Positions 19,149-29,061 are shown, numbered from the stretch's first letter. The stretch is DNA of 64,000 nucleotides from Myxococcota bacterium (GCA_036012755.1 DASCPX010000190.1:32001-96000), one strand, 5' to 3'. Numbers and translations are program-made. Notes: a model not told the origin generated them from the sequence alone.

Positions 19149-20279
19149 TCAGCGCGTCAGGCGGCCGAGGATCTCCAGTGCGCGTCGAAGGTCTTCGTCC
19201 TTCGCGGCGAAGCTCAGGCGGAAGTGGGTCGTGTGCTGGGAGAAGGCACGCCCGGGGACGACCAGCAGATCCCGCTCGAGGGCGGCCCTCGTGAAGGAGA
19301 GATCGTCGCCGAAGGGGACCTCTGGAAAGATGTAGAAGGAACCCGTGGGCTTCGAGACGCGGTAGCCGGCGTCGATCAGGCCTTCGTAGAGCAGGTCTCG
19401 CTTGCGGCGATAGCGCTCCACCTGGTGGCTCATGTCCACGCCGAAGGCCTGCAGCGCTCCGTGCTGAGCGGGGGTCGAAGCGCAGGTGAAGGTGAACTGC
19501 TGAAGCACGAGCAGCTTCTCGATGAGCGCTGGGTCGCCGGCCACCCAGCCCAGGCGCCAGCCCGCCATGCCGTAGGTCTTGGACACGCCTCCGACCAGAA
19601 GAGCGTGGGCTCCCATGTGGCGCTTGATGCCGGCGTGCTCGCCCTCGTAGAGGAAGAGTCCGTAGAGCTCGTCGCTGACCACGACGATGCCTCGCTCTCT
19701 GCAGATCTCGGCCACCGCGGCGACCTCGTCGTCCCGAAAACAGACACCGGTGGGGTTGGCCGGGGAGTTCAGGATCAGGACGCGGGTGCGATCGGTGATG
19801 GCCGCCTCGATGCGCTCCGGGTGCAGCCTGAAGTCCGGGTAGAGGTCGTAGAAGGTGGGCGTCGCGCCGGTGATGTGGGCCAGGTTTCGGTAGATGACGA
19901 AGAAGGGGTCCGGCATGAGGACCTCGTCTCCGGGGCCCGTCAGCGCCAGCAGCGCCAGGGTGAGAGCGCCGCTGGCGCCGCTGGTGAGCATCACCCGATC
20001 GCCCTCGGGGAGGTCGAAGTGCTCCACGAGGTGGCGGTGGGTGGCCTCGACGAGCTCCGGGTAGCCCTGAGAGGAGCTGTAGCGCCCGCAGCCTTCGCGG
20101 ATCCCGCGGATGCTGGCTTCCCTGATGGGCTCCGGCACCTCGAAGTCGGCCTGGCCGATGGACAGGTCCACGCAGTGGGGGCGCCGGCGCCCTTCATCGA
20201 AGAGCTCACGGATGGCAGATGCCCGCAGGTTCTGCATGCGGTCAGCGAAGCGGAACTCGGGCAACTCGGAGGGGGCCAT
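19149..20279 (-). CDS. PLP-dependent class I/II aminotransferase (aspartate/aromatic type)
   Basis: LSIGQADF, NSPANPTG, SDELY, SKTYGMAGWRLG, FRLSFA. Confidence 0.92.
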   Translation of the reverse strand: MAPSELPEFRFADRMQNLRASAIRELFDEGRRRPHCVDLSIGQADFEVPEPIREASIRGIREGCGRYSSSQGYPELVEATHRHLVEHFDLPEGDRVMLTSGASGALTLALLALTGPGDEVLMPDPFFVIYRNLAHITGATPTFYDLYPDFRLHPERIEAAITDRTRVLILNSPANPTGVCFRDDEVAAVAEICRERGIVVVSDELYGLFLYEGEHAGIKRHMGAHALLVGGVSKTYGMAGWRLGWVAGDPALIEKLLVLQQFTFTCASTPAQHGALQAFGVDMSHQVERYRRKRDLLYEGLIDAGYRVSKPTGSFYIFPEVPFGDDLSFTRAALERDLLVVPGRAFSQHTTHFRLSFAAKDEDLRRALEILGRLTR

Positions 20280-20301
20280 GGGACGTGCTATCGAGTGAGC
20301 C

Positions 20302-20784
20302 ATGGCCGATCTACAACATCGCTTCCGGATCCTCTGCCAGATCACCCGAGCGCAGCACTTTGCGTGGCGCCAGGCGGTGGTCCGCTGCTGCCCGGACGCC
20401 GACCCCGCCAAGGTCACGGACGTCATGTGGGAGATCACCGGCGAGAGCACCGGCGCCGCCTATGCGCGGAGGCTGGATGTGGCGGAGCCCCTGTCCGCGC
20501 AGATCGCCCAGAGCATCGTGTGGTCGTCCAAGTGCATGGGCGAGGACGCCGAGGTCGAGCCCGGCGAGGGCGACGAGGCCTTCGTCCGCCACGCCGCCTG
20601 CCCATGGTTCGACTGGCACAAGCGCCTGGGCGTGCTCGAAGAGGATCGCCCCGGCTGCGACGCCTGGTTCCAGTCCACGGTCGCCGTGGTCAACCGCGAG
20701 CTGGGCACAAAGCTCCGCTGCGAGACCCTCGAGGCCCTCCCAGACGGCGACTCCTGCTGCCTGCGACGCTTCTGGGTGGAGTAG
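20302..20784 (+). CDS. Cys-rich small protein, ATC-hydrolase/DUF6125/V4R-like fold
   Basis: CPW..C..W, LPDGDSCC pattern; good codon bias. Confidence 0.65.
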   Translation: MADLQHRFRILCQITRAQHFAWRQAVVRCCPDADPAKVTDVMWEITGESTGAAYARRLDVAEPLSAQIAQSIVWSSKCMGEDAEVEPGEGDEAFVRHAACPWFDWHKRLGVLEEDRPGCDAWFQSTVAVVNRELGTKLRCETLEALPDGDSCCLRRFWVE

Positions 20785-20827
20785 TGAATCGGTGAATCGG
20801 TGAATCACCGCCGGAGCCCCGAGCGGC

Positions 20828-20916
20828 TGCAGAAACCGGGACCCTGCCGCGCACCCTCGACCAGATGGCACACAAGCGTGCAGATTCCCCGACCCTGACG
20901 CGCACCCTCGACCAGA
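20828..20916. repeat. Two 38-bp direct repeats (51-bp period) in a convergent intergenic region
   Basis: TGCAGAAACCGGGACCCTGCCGCGCACCCTCGACCAGA (20828-20865) vs TGCAGATTCCCCGACCCTGACGCGCACCCTCGACCAGA (20879-20916), 33/38 identical. Confidence 0.85.
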
Positions 20917-21070
20917 ATGCACGGGTACCACCAACCTGCTGGTGTCACTCGAGCTCGCTCGCTTGCCGTGAGCGACGGGATGTTGCGTATCGGCCTCGGT
21001 TCTCCGGAACCCTCGGAGATGTGCAACAAGACGTGCTTCCAAGGGGTGCCCCCCTCGGAGACACCGCCCC

Positions 21071-23425
21071 CTACGAGGAGCGCAGCGCCGCGAGCACCTT
21101 CTCGGGGGTGATCGGCAGGTCGCGGATGCGCACTCCGATGGCGTCGTAGATGGCGTTGGCGATGGCCGGGGCCGTGGGGGTCAGGCCGGGCTCGCCGACA
21201 CCCTTCACGCCGTAGGGGCCGGTGGGCTCGTCGGTCTCGATGAACTCGAGCTCGATGGGGAAGTCCATCTCCACCGCGGTGGGGATCTTGTAGTCGGTGA
21301 AGTTGGGGTTCAGGATGCGGCCGCCTCGGGTCTGCACCTGCTCGTAGAGGGCGTAGCCGACCCCCTGGGCGAGGGCGCCGTAGGTCTGGCCGCGCAGGGT
21401 CTGCTGGTTGATGACCTTGCCCACGTCGGTGACCGCCACCAGCTTCAAGATGCGCACGTCGCCGGTCTCGGTGTCGACCTCGACCTCGGCGCCCTGGGTG
21501 GCGTAGGAGTAGCAGGCCGACATGTTGCCGATGCCGCGGGTCCAGTCGGGGAGCTCGCTGGGCGGGTCGTAGAAGGCCTCGACCGTGAACATCTCGCCGC
21601 CGCCGTCCCGGAAGTGGGCCGCGCGCACCAGCCGCCCGAGGTCCACCCGCAGCCAAGGCTCGGTGCGGTCCTTCAGGAACACGAAGCCGTCCCGGAGCTC
21701 GAAGGCCCCTGGCCCGATGGCTCCCCTCCAGTCGCTGGGCTCGGTGAGCTCGGTCTTGCGCAGGTTGCGCTCGACCTGGCCGGCGTAGAGCTGCTCGGCG
21801 GCCTCGAAGATCCGGGCGCGCAGCTTGTCCGCGGCCATCAGCATGGCGTTGCAGGCGGTGAAGGCCCCCCGGCTCGCGTGGGTGCCCACATCCCAGGGGC
21901 AGGTGGCCGTGTCGGTCTGGTTGATGAAGATGCGCTCCGGCGGGATGCCGACGGCGTCAGAGCCGACGATCTGCAAGCTGGAGTGCAGGCCCTGGCCCAT
22001 CTCGACCCCGCCCGAGTAGACGTAGAGGTTCCCGAAGTCGTCCAGCCGCAAGATGATGCCGCTGGCGTCGCTCTTGTAGATGCGCCCCGAGCCGCCGACG
22101 TGGATCAGCGAGGCCATGCCCACTCCACGGGCCACGCCCTGACCGCGCTTGTCCTTCCAGTCCAGCCGGCGCCTGGTCGACTCGAGACACTCCCGCAGGC
22201 CGCAGGTCGTGATCTTCAGGGCCATGGGCGTGGTCTCGCCAGGCTCGTTGCAGTTCAACAGCCGCAGCTCGGCAGCGTCGATGCCGGCGGCCTCTGCGAG
22301 CTCGTCCAGGTTGCTCTCGAGCGCCCAGGTGAGCTCCGGGTTGCCGTAGCCACGCATGGCCTGGCAGTAGGTGTTGTTCGTGTAGACCAGGTCGCAGTCG
22401 AAGTGAACGGCGGGGACGCGGTAGAGCGAGGTGGCCGGCAGCAGCATCACGCTCGGGTAGGTCGCGCCCCAGGAGGCGTAGGCCCCGTTGTCCTGCACGA
22501 CGTGCAGCTTTCGGAAGGTCAGGCGACCGTCCCCGTCACAGCCCTGCTCGATGTGCACCCGAGACGACTGCCGAGGCGAGAGGTAGGCGAACTCCTGGTC
22601 CCGGTCGTAGAGCACCTTCACCGGGCGCCCGGTCTTCCAGGCCAGCAGGATGGCGATGTACTCGTAGCAGTGGGTGTCGAGCCCGGTCCCGAAACCGCCG
22701 CCAAGGGCCGGAACGGTCACCCGCGCGTTGCGGCCGGCGAGCCCCATCTGTGCGAGCGCCGAGTTGAAGTCCTTCTGGGCCAAGAAAGGGATCTGAGTCT
22801 TCGCCCAGATCCTCAGGTTCATGGAGTCGTCGAACTCGGCGATGGCGCCCGCGGTGCCCATGCAGCTCTGCTGGATGAGCGGGGTCGAGAAGTCGCCGGA
22901 CACGGTGAACGCCGAGGCCGCCCGCGCAGCGTCGAGGTCGCCAGAGATGTGGCGGAAGGTCAGGGGCAGGCGGTTGCCGCTCAGGGGCCGGCCGCGGGGG
23001 TCGACCTCGTGGACCAGGGGGGCGTCCTCGCGCAGGGCCTCGATGGGATCGAAGACACCCGGCAGGGGCTCGTACTCGACGACGACGGCGGCGGCGGCTC
23101 GGGCGGCGATGTCGGGGTCGATGGCGGCCACCGCGGCGACCTCGTCCCGGAACTGCCGCACCTTCCCGCCCTTGAGCGCGAAGTTGTCGCGCAAGAAGCC
23201 GATGCGCACCTCTGGCGTGTTGTCTGCAGTGATGACGGCGCGGACCCCCGGGATGCGCTCGGCCGCGGAGGTGTCGATGCTCAGGATGCGCGCGTGGGCG
23301 TGCTCGCTGTGGACGACAGCCCCATAGAGCATGCCCGGACGGGACAGGTCGTGGATGTAGCGGGTCTTCCCGGTGGCCTTTGCTGCCACGTCGGGGCGAA
23401 CGCTGTCCTTGCCGAGCAGGCTCAT
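21071..23425 (-). CDS. Xanthine dehydrogenase-family molybdopterin-binding subunit (putative indoleacetate 2-hydroxylase large subunit)
   Basis: KATG..Y..D, GGGFG, AMRGYG, EMGQG, HASR, GPYGVKGVGEP, LPITPEKVL. Confidence 0.92.
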   Translation of the reverse strand: MSLLGKDSVRPDVAAKATGKTRYIHDLSRPGMLYGAVVHSEHAHARILSIDTSAAERIPGVRAVITADNTPEVRIGFLRDNFALKGGKVRQFRDEVAAVAAIDPDIAARAAAAVVVEYEPLPGVFDPIEALREDAPLVHEVDPRGRPLSGNRLPLTFRHISGDLDAARAASAFTVSGDFSTPLIQQSCMGTAGAIAEFDDSMNLRIWAKTQIPFLAQKDFNSALAQMGLAGRNARVTVPALGGGFGTGLDTHCYEYIAILLAWKTGRPVKVLYDRDQEFAYLSPRQSSRVHIEQGCDGDGRLTFRKLHVVQDNGAYASWGATYPSVMLLPATSLYRVPAVHFDCDLVYTNNTYCQAMRGYGNPELTWALESNLDELAEAAGIDAAELRLLNCNEPGETTPMALKITTCGLRECLESTRRRLDWKDKRGQGVARGVGMASLIHVGGSGRIYKSDASGIILRLDDFGNLYVYSGGVEMGQGLHSSLQIVGSDAVGIPPERIFINQTDTATCPWDVGTHASRGAFTACNAMLMAADKLRARIFEAAEQLYAGQVERNLRKTELTEPSDWRGAIGPGAFELRDGFVFLKDRTEPWLRVDLGRLVRAAHFRDGGGEMFTVEAFYDPPSELPDWTRGIGNMSACYSYATQGAEVEVDTETGDVRILKLVAVTDVGKVINQQTLRGQTYGALAQGVGYALYEQVQTRGGRILNPNFTDYKIPTAVEMDFPIELEFIETDEPTGPYGVKGVGEPGLTPTAPAIANAIYDAIGVRIRDLPITPEKVLAALRSS

Positions 23426-23892
23426 GACCCACCTCGAAGCTCAGAGGCTCGCCGCACGCTCTCGACGATCTGGGCGTAGCCGGTGCAGCGGCAGAGGTTG
23501 CCCACCAGCGCCCGACGGATCTGGCGGTCTGTCGGCTCGGGCTCTCGGTCCAAGAGCGCCGTGCTCGCCATGATCATGCCCGGCGTGCAGAAGCCGCACT
23601 GGATGCCCCCCTTGTCCACGAAGGCCTGCTGCACGGCCGAGAGCTCCCCCTGGGAAGAGGCGAGCCCCTCGATGGTCGTGACCTTGCAGCCGGCCACCTC
23701 GGCGGCGGGGGTGAGACAGGCGTTCACAGCTCGGCCATCAACCAGCACGGTGCAGGCGCCGCACTCGCCCTTGCCGCAGCCTTCCTTGGTCCCGAGCTCC
23801 TGGAGCGGTCCCCTCAGCACGTCCAGCAGGAGCTCGGAGCCCCGCAGGGTGCAGGCGACCTCGAAGCCGTTGAGTTCGAAGGACAGCTCCAT
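23422..23892 (-). CDS. 2x[2Fe-2S] small subunit of the Mo hydroxylase
   Basis: GCGKGECGACTV..C, QCGFCTPG, NLCRCTGY. Confidence 0.95.
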   Translation of the reverse strand: MELSFELNGFEVACTLRGSELLLDVLRGPLQELGTKEGCGKGECGACTVLVDGRAVNACLTPAAEVAGCKVTTIEGLASSQGELSAVQQAFVDKGGIQCGFCTPGMIMASTALLDREPEPTDRQIRRALVGNLCRCTGYAQIVESVRRASELRGGS

Positions 23893-24740
23893 CAGGCCTC
23901 CCGAACGAGCGAGGCCAGAGCTCGCTTCACGAAGACGCCCACGATGGCCCGCCGGTACTCGGCGCTGCCCCTGACGTCGCTGATCGGTCTCACCTCTGCC
24001 TGGGCCGCGGCGGCCGCTCGGGCGATGAGCTCTGGGCTCGCACCCTGGCCGAGCAGCAAGGCCTCCGCCTCCCGAAGGCGCATGGCGCGAGGGCCCACCG
24101 AGCCAGCCGCCAGCCGCACCTCTGCGATGACGCCCGCCTCCATCCGAAGGGTGGCGCCGAGGTTGACGATGGCCAGGTCCATCGCCACCCGGGTCTTCTT
24201 GAAAAAGACGCTGCGCTCGCCAGGTCCTGGCTCGTCCAGCTCGATGGCGACGAGGATCTCGCCCTCTGTGAGCGCGGTCCGACCTGGTCCGACGAGGAAG
24301 GCGTCGAGATCCATCGTGCGCCTTCCGCCAGGTCCGGCCAGCCGCACCCGCGCTCCCAGGCTCAGCAGGATGGGCGTCGAGTCCGCGGCTGGGGAGGCGT
24401 TGCAGAGGTTGCCTCCGAGCGTGGCGCTGTTCTGGATCTGCACCGAGCCGATCTCTCGGAGGGCATCGGCCAGCGCAGGCCAGCGGCCGACCAGCTCGGG
24501 GCTCTCCAGGAGCTCCGAGACAGGCACCGCGGCGCCGATGCGAGCGCCCTGATCCAGCTCCAGGACCCGGAGCTCGGGGACCGCGCGCAAGGAGATGAGC
24601 GCATCTGGCTCGTGGCGGTGGTCCTTCATCTGCACGAGCAGATCCGTGCCGCCAGCGATGTAGCGAGCACCGCCGAGCCGCTGGACCAGCCGCAGCGCGC
24701 CCTCGAGGCTGGAGGGGCGGTGGTAGGGGATCGGGGTCAC
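23892..24740 (-). CDS. FAD-binding medium subunit of the Mo hydroxylase
   Basis: GTG start; YHRPSSL, AGGTDL, ATLGGNLCNASPAAD, PISDVRGSAEYR. Confidence 0.93.
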   Translation of the reverse strand: MTPIPYHRPSSLEGALRLVQRLGGARYIAGGTDLLVQMKDHRHEPDALISLRAVPELRVLELDQGARIGAAVPVSELLESPELVGRWPALADALREIGSVQIQNSATLGGNLCNASPAADSTPILLSLGARVRLAGPGGRRTMDLDAFLVGPGRTALTEGEILVAIELDEPGPGERSVFFKKTRVAMDLAIVNLGATLRMEAGVIAEVRLAAGSVGPRAMRLREAEALLLGQGASPELIARAAAAAQAEVRPISDVRGSAEYRRAIVGVFVKRALASLVREA

Positions 24741-24747
24741 GGAGGCC

Positions 24748-25953
24748 TCATGCGACGACGCCCGAGCTGCGCAGGGCTGCGGTCTCTTCGGGCCCGAGGC
24801 CGGCCTCTGCGAGGAGCGCGTCGCTGTGCTCCCCGTATGCCGGACAGAAGGGCAGGTTGCCCGAGATCGAGCTGAGGTGCTCGGTGTCGACCGCGGCTGG
24901 AGGAAGGCGCACGACGCGGCCGTCGGGGGCGACGGTGCGGAGACCGTCCCGAGCGACGAAGGGCAGGTCCATGACCCGGTCCACCGGAGTGATCGGGGCA
25001 TGGGGGACCGCCGCCCGGCGCAAGGACTCGGCGACGCGCCCGGCGGGGTGGGACCGGGTCAGCCCGCCGATGAGGGCGTGGAGCTCGGCCTTGTCCGCCC
25101 GACGGCCCTCGTTGCTGGAGAAGCGTCCCTGGTCCAGCGAAGAGAACAGCGGCTCCGCCACCAGGCGAGCCCACTGGGCGTCGCTGCCGATGGCCATGTA
25201 GATGTGGCCGTCAGCGGTCGGGTAGGCGTTCACCGGGATGAACTGGCGGTGCTCGTTGCCCGAGCGACGCAGCTCCTCGGGCGGGCTGTCCATGTCGAGC
25301 ATGGGCAGGAAGGTGTGGAGCCAGGACACGGCCGCCCGGCCCATGGACACGTCGATGCAGGCCCCCTCGCCGGTGCGCTCACGCTGCCAGAGGGCCAGCG
25401 CCACCTGGGTGAAGGCCTCGTCCCCGGCCTTCAGGTCGATCAGCGGCGGCCCGCACTGAGTCGGCGGCCCGTCCGCGGGCCCCGTGAGGTCCATGTAGCC
25501 GCAGAGGGCCTGGAGCACGGGGTCGTAGCCAGGCGTGTCGGGCTCCGCGAGCCCCATCGCAGAGATGCAGCACCAGACGAGGTCCTCGCGCGCCTGGCGC
25601 AGGGTCGCGTAGTCGATGCCCAGCTTCTGGTGGCGCGAGGGCATCGTGTTGGTGCAGAAGACGTCGACGCCGAGCTCGGTGATCAGCCGCTGCAGCACAG
25701 CCTGGCCCTCTGCGCTCTTGAGATCGATGGCGATGGCCTCCTTCCCGGCGTTGGGGGCGACGAAGTAGCTGTGGCGGTCAGCCCCGGCGACCGGCCGGCC
25801 GATGGAGCGGTTGGGGTCGCCCATCGAGCGACGTCCTGGGACCGGGGTGGGCTCGACCCGGATGACCCGCCAGCCCATGTGCACCATGCGCAGGGTGGCG
25901 TAGGACATCGACAGGGCCTGCTCGAGGCTCAGGACGACGGGGCGCTCGCTCAT
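24748..25953 (-). CDS. Class III (CaiB/BaiF) CoA transferase (IaaL-like)
   Basis: VIRVEP, NAGKEAIAIDLKS, PGYD, PLID (catalytic Asp position), PAYGEHS. Confidence 0.92.
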   Translation of the reverse strand: MSERPVVLSLEQALSMSYATLRMVHMGWRVIRVEPTPVPGRRSMGDPNRSIGRPVAGADRHSYFVAPNAGKEAIAIDLKSAEGQAVLQRLITELGVDVFCTNTMPSRHQKLGIDYATLRQAREDLVWCCISAMGLAEPDTPGYDPVLQALCGYMDLTGPADGPPTQCGPPLIDLKAGDEAFTQVALALWQRERTGEGACIDVSMGRAAVSWLHTFLPMLDMDSPPEELRRSGNEHRQFIPVNAYPTADGHIYMAIGSDAQWARLVAEPLFSSLDQGRFSSNEGRRADKAELHALIGGLTRSHPAGRVAESLRRAAVPHAPITPVDRVMDLPFVARDGLRTVAPDGRVVRLPPAAVDTEHLSSISGNLPFCPAYGEHSDALLAEAGLGPEETAALRSSGVVA

Positions 25954-27551
25954 CAAAACCTGACCGGTTCTCGGTACTTGCCGAAGACCGACTGGAGCGC
26001 TCCGCAGACCTCGCCCACGGTGGCGTAGGCCTCGACCGCGTCGATGATGGCGGGCATGGTGTTGGCTCCGGAGGAGGCGGCCTCTTCCACGGCGGCGAGC
26101 CTGCGCGCCACGGCCTCGTCGTCTCGCTCGCTGCGGACCTTGGCCAGCCGGGACCGCTGCTTGTCGGCCTCTTCCTCGCGGTAGGGGTGGAACTCGACCT
26201 CTGGCTCGTCCTCGACCTCCTGGTGGCAGTTGACGCCGACCTTCTTGAGCTCGCCGGTGCCGAACTGGAGCTCGCGCTGGTAGGCGCTGGCGTTGACGGC
26301 GGCCTGGACCTCGCCGCTGGCCACGCCGGCGACGATGCCGCCAGCGGCCTCGAGCTCGTCGATGTGGCGCAGGATCAGCGCCTCCATCTGGTTCGTGGTG
26401 GTCTCGACGAACCAGGATCCAGCGAGGGGATCGACCGTGTCGCAGAGGCCGATCTCGTTGATCAGGATCTGCTGGGTGCGCAGGGACAGCCGGGCGGCCT
26501 GTTCGGAGGGGATGGTGTAGGCCTCGTCGTAGCTGCACAGGGCCATGGTCTGGGTGCCGGACAGGGCGCTGGTCATGGCGTAGTAGGCGCCGCGGACGAT
26601 GTTGTTGTGAGGCTGCTGGATGGTCAGGCCACCGCCGCCACCGCCAGCGATCATGCGCAGCCGCATGGCCTTCGGATCCGTGACGCCGTAGCGCTCGCGC
26701 AAGAGCCGGGCCCAGAGGCGACGACCCGCGCGGAACTTCGCCACCTGCTCCCAGAGGTTGCCGAAGATGTCGAAGTTGAAGGTCAGGCCGCCAGCGCAGC
26801 GGTTCGCGTCCAGCCCCCGGTCGAGCGCTCGCTGGAGGTAGGCGCAAGCGATCGACAGGCCGTAGGCCATCTCCTGGGCGGCGTTCGCCCCGGACTCACG
26901 GATGTGGTAGCCGCAGACGCTGACCGGGCTGTACTTGGGGGCGTTGTCCGCGCAGAACTCCATGGTGTCGACCACCAGCCGGACCGAGTCCTCGACAGGG
27001 AAGATCCAGGTCCCGCGGCCGATGAACTCCTTGAGGATGTCGTTCTGGGCGGTGCCGCGCAGCCTGGCGAGGTCGTAGCCGCGCTTGCGGGCCATCGCGA
27101 AGTACATCGCCATGATGGCGCTGGCCGAGCCGTTGATGGTCAACGACACCGTGATCGCGTCCAGATCGATGCCGGCGAAGGCCTCTTCCATGTCGGCGAG
27201 GGTGTCCACCGCCATGCCTACGCGGCCGACCTCGCCCCGAGCCATGGGGTGATCCGAGTCCAACCCGCACTGGGTGGGCAGGTCGAAGGCGACGTTGAGG
27301 CCCGTGTTGCCGTGCTCGAGCAGGTAGAGGAAGCGCTCGTGGGTCTCTGCGGCGGTGCCGAAGCCGGAGTACTGGCGGATGGTCCAGGGACGGGCCCGGT
27401 ACATGTGGCGGTGGATGCCGCGGGTGAAGGGGTACTCGCCAGGTTCGCCGACACCCTCGAAGCCGCCGCTGTCCTCGACATCCGAGGCGTCGTAGATGGG
27501 CTGGATCTCCAGGCCGCACTCCCACTTCAGGGGCTCGATCTTCTTGCTCAC
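25953..27551 (-). CDS. B12-dependent acyl-CoA mutase, substrate-binding subunit (IaaH-like)
   Basis: GTG start; [52 protein letters not shown]. Confidence 0.93.
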   Translation of the reverse strand: MSKKIEPLKWECGLEIQPIYDASDVEDSGGFEGVGEPGEYPFTRGIHRHMYRARPWTIRQYSGFGTAAETHERFLYLLEHGNTGLNVAFDLPTQCGLDSDHPMARGEVGRVGMAVDTLADMEEAFAGIDLDAITVSLTINGSASAIMAMYFAMARKRGYDLARLRGTAQNDILKEFIGRGTWIFPVEDSVRLVVDTMEFCADNAPKYSPVSVCGYHIRESGANAAQEMAYGLSIACAYLQRALDRGLDANRCAGGLTFNFDIFGNLWEQVAKFRAGRRLWARLLRERYGVTDPKAMRLRMIAGGGGGGLTIQQPHNNIVRGAYYAMTSALSGTQTMALCSYDEAYTIPSEQAARLSLRTQQILINEIGLCDTVDPLAGSWFVETTTNQMEALILRHIDELEAAGGIVAGVASGEVQAAVNASAYQRELQFGTGELKKVGVNCHQEVEDEPEVEFHPYREEEADKQRSRLAKVRSERDDEAVARRLAAVEEAASSGANTMPAIIDAVEAYATVGEVCGALQSVFGKYREPVRF

Positions 27552-27946
27552 GAGGCCACCTCCTCGAGGATGAAGGCCACTATCTGCTCGAAGTCGGAGC
27601 CGGTCGGGAAGACCCCTGCGACACCCAGCGCCTCCAGCGCCGCGAAGTCCCGGCGGGGCACGTTGCCGCCGACGATCCAGACCAGCTCGCCCAACAGTCC
27701 CCTGGCCTGGAGCTCCTGGCGCACCCCCTCGCAGAGCGGCAGGTGAGCCCCCGACAGCACCGACAGCCCGAGCACGTGCACCCTCTGCTGTGCGGCCGCA
27801 GCCGCGATGTCCTGGGGGGACTGGCGGAGACCGCTGTAGGTGACCTCCATGCCGGCGTCCATCAGGGCCCGGCAGAGCACCTTCGCGCCAACGTCGTGGC
27901 CGTCGAGGCCAGGCTTGGCGATGAGGACGCGGATGGACTCGCTCAT
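27548..27946 (-). CDS. Cobalamin-binding subunit of acyl-CoA mutase (IaaG-like)
   Basis: AKPGLDGHDVGAK (DxHxxG), GLSVLSGAH, VGG. Confidence 0.95.
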   Translation of the reverse strand: MSESIRVLIAKPGLDGHDVGAKVLCRALMDAGMEVTYSGLRQSPQDIAAAAAQQRVHVLGLSVLSGAHLPLCEGVRQELQARGLLGELVWIVGGNVPRRDFAALEALGVAGVFPTGSDFEQIVAFILEEVAS

Positions 27947-29061
27947 TTTCCCAGTCCCTTGGCGATGTTGACCCGAAGGATCTCGGAGGTGCCGCCCCCG
28001 ATGAGGGTGAAGCGGATGTCCCGCAGGTAGCGCTCAACCGGGTATTCCGTCGCGTAGCCGTAGGAGGCCATGACCCGCGCGGCCTTGTCGCAGACCCGCA
28101 GGGCGGCCTCGGAGACGAAGAGCTTGGCCATGGAGGCCTCCTGGGCGTTTTGCAGGCCCTGGTCGCTGCGCCACGCGGCCCAGCGCACCATCTGGCGAGC
28201 GGCCGCGAGGTCGACGGCCATGTCCGCGAGGTGAGCCTGCACCGCCTGGAAGCGGTTGATTGGGCGCCCGAACTGCTGGCGCTCGGAGGCATAGCGGCGC
28301 GCCGCGTCGAAGGCGGCCTGCCCACAGCCCAGGGCCAGAGCAGCGGTCATCACGCGGACCTCGGCGAGCAGATCCCGCAGGTAGGTCGTGCCCTTGTCCT
28401 GCTCTCCGAGCATGCAGGTGGCGGGGGTCTCGGAGAAGCAGACCTCTGAGGTGACCGACGCGCGCACACCCATCTTGTCGATGCTGCGCCCGACCTGGAG
28501 TCCGGGGGCCCCCTTCTCGACGAGGAAGATGCTCAGCGAGCGCTCCCCAGTGCGCGCGAAGACGGTGAAGAGGTCAGCGACCGGGGCCGAGGTGATCCAC
28601 GTCTTCTGACCGTCGAGCACCCAGGTGTCGCCTCGCAGCTCGGCCGAGGTCTTCATCGAGAAGAGATCGCTGCCCGAGTCCGGCTCGGTCATGCAGACGG
28701 TGCCGAGGAGATCCCCCGCCACGCAGCCCGGAACGAGCCGCTCGCGCAGCTCGCCGGTGGTGAAGCGATGGACGAAGGTGGTGCCCATCAGCGACTGCAT
28801 CGCGCATGCAGCGGCCACGGCCAGGCTGCCCCGAGCGAGCTCCTCGGTCGCCAGGGCATAGGACAGCACGTCCATGCCGGTGCCATCCGGCTCCGGGTAG
28901 CGCATGCCGAAGTAGCCCAGCTCGCCGACCTCGCGCATCAGATCCCGGGGGAAGTCGGCCTTCTTGTCCAGCTCCTCGGCGATGGGGGCGATGCGGGCAT
29001 CAGAGAACCCGGCGAAGGTCTCCTGGACGGCCTGCTGGATCTCGCTCAGCTCGAAGTTCAT
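27943..29061 (-). CDS. Acyl-CoA dehydrogenase (IaaF-like)
   Basis: MTEPDSGSD, GQKTWITS, RQQFG, IGGGTSEI. Confidence 0.95.
   Translation of the reverse strand: MNFELSEIQQAVQETFAGFSDARIAPIAEELDKKADFPRDLMREVGELGYFGMRYPEPDGTGMDVLSYALATEELARGSLAVAAACAMQSLMGTTFVHRFTTGELRERLVPGCVAGDLLGTVCMTEPDSGSDLFSMKTSAELRGDTWVLDGQKTWITSAPVADLFTVFARTGERSLSIFLVEKGAPGLQVGRSIDKMGVRASVTSEVCFSETPATCMLGEQDKGTTYLRDLLAEVRVMTAALALGCGQAAFDAARRYASERQQFGRPINRFQAVQAHLADMAVDLAAARQMVRWAAWRSDQGLQNAQEASMAKLFVSEAALRVCDKAARVMASYGYATEYPVERYLRDIRFTLIGGGTSEILRVNIAKGLGK

Noticed and set aside
15015..20795. 1926-aa + strand ORF and other long antisense/alternative-frame ORFs (e.g. 36790-39450, 31141-33297, 8187-10292)
   Set aside because: Shadow ORFs of high-GC genes; no motifs, and they overlap well-supported genes
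20828..20916. CRISPR array
   Set aside because: Only two imperfect copies with a 13-bp gap and no cas genes
21071..24740. Aerobic CO dehydrogenase or 4-hydroxybenzoyl-CoA reductase
   Set aside because: No AYxCSFR CoxL loop; the FAD subunit lacks the Cys-rich [4Fe-4S] insert of HcrB
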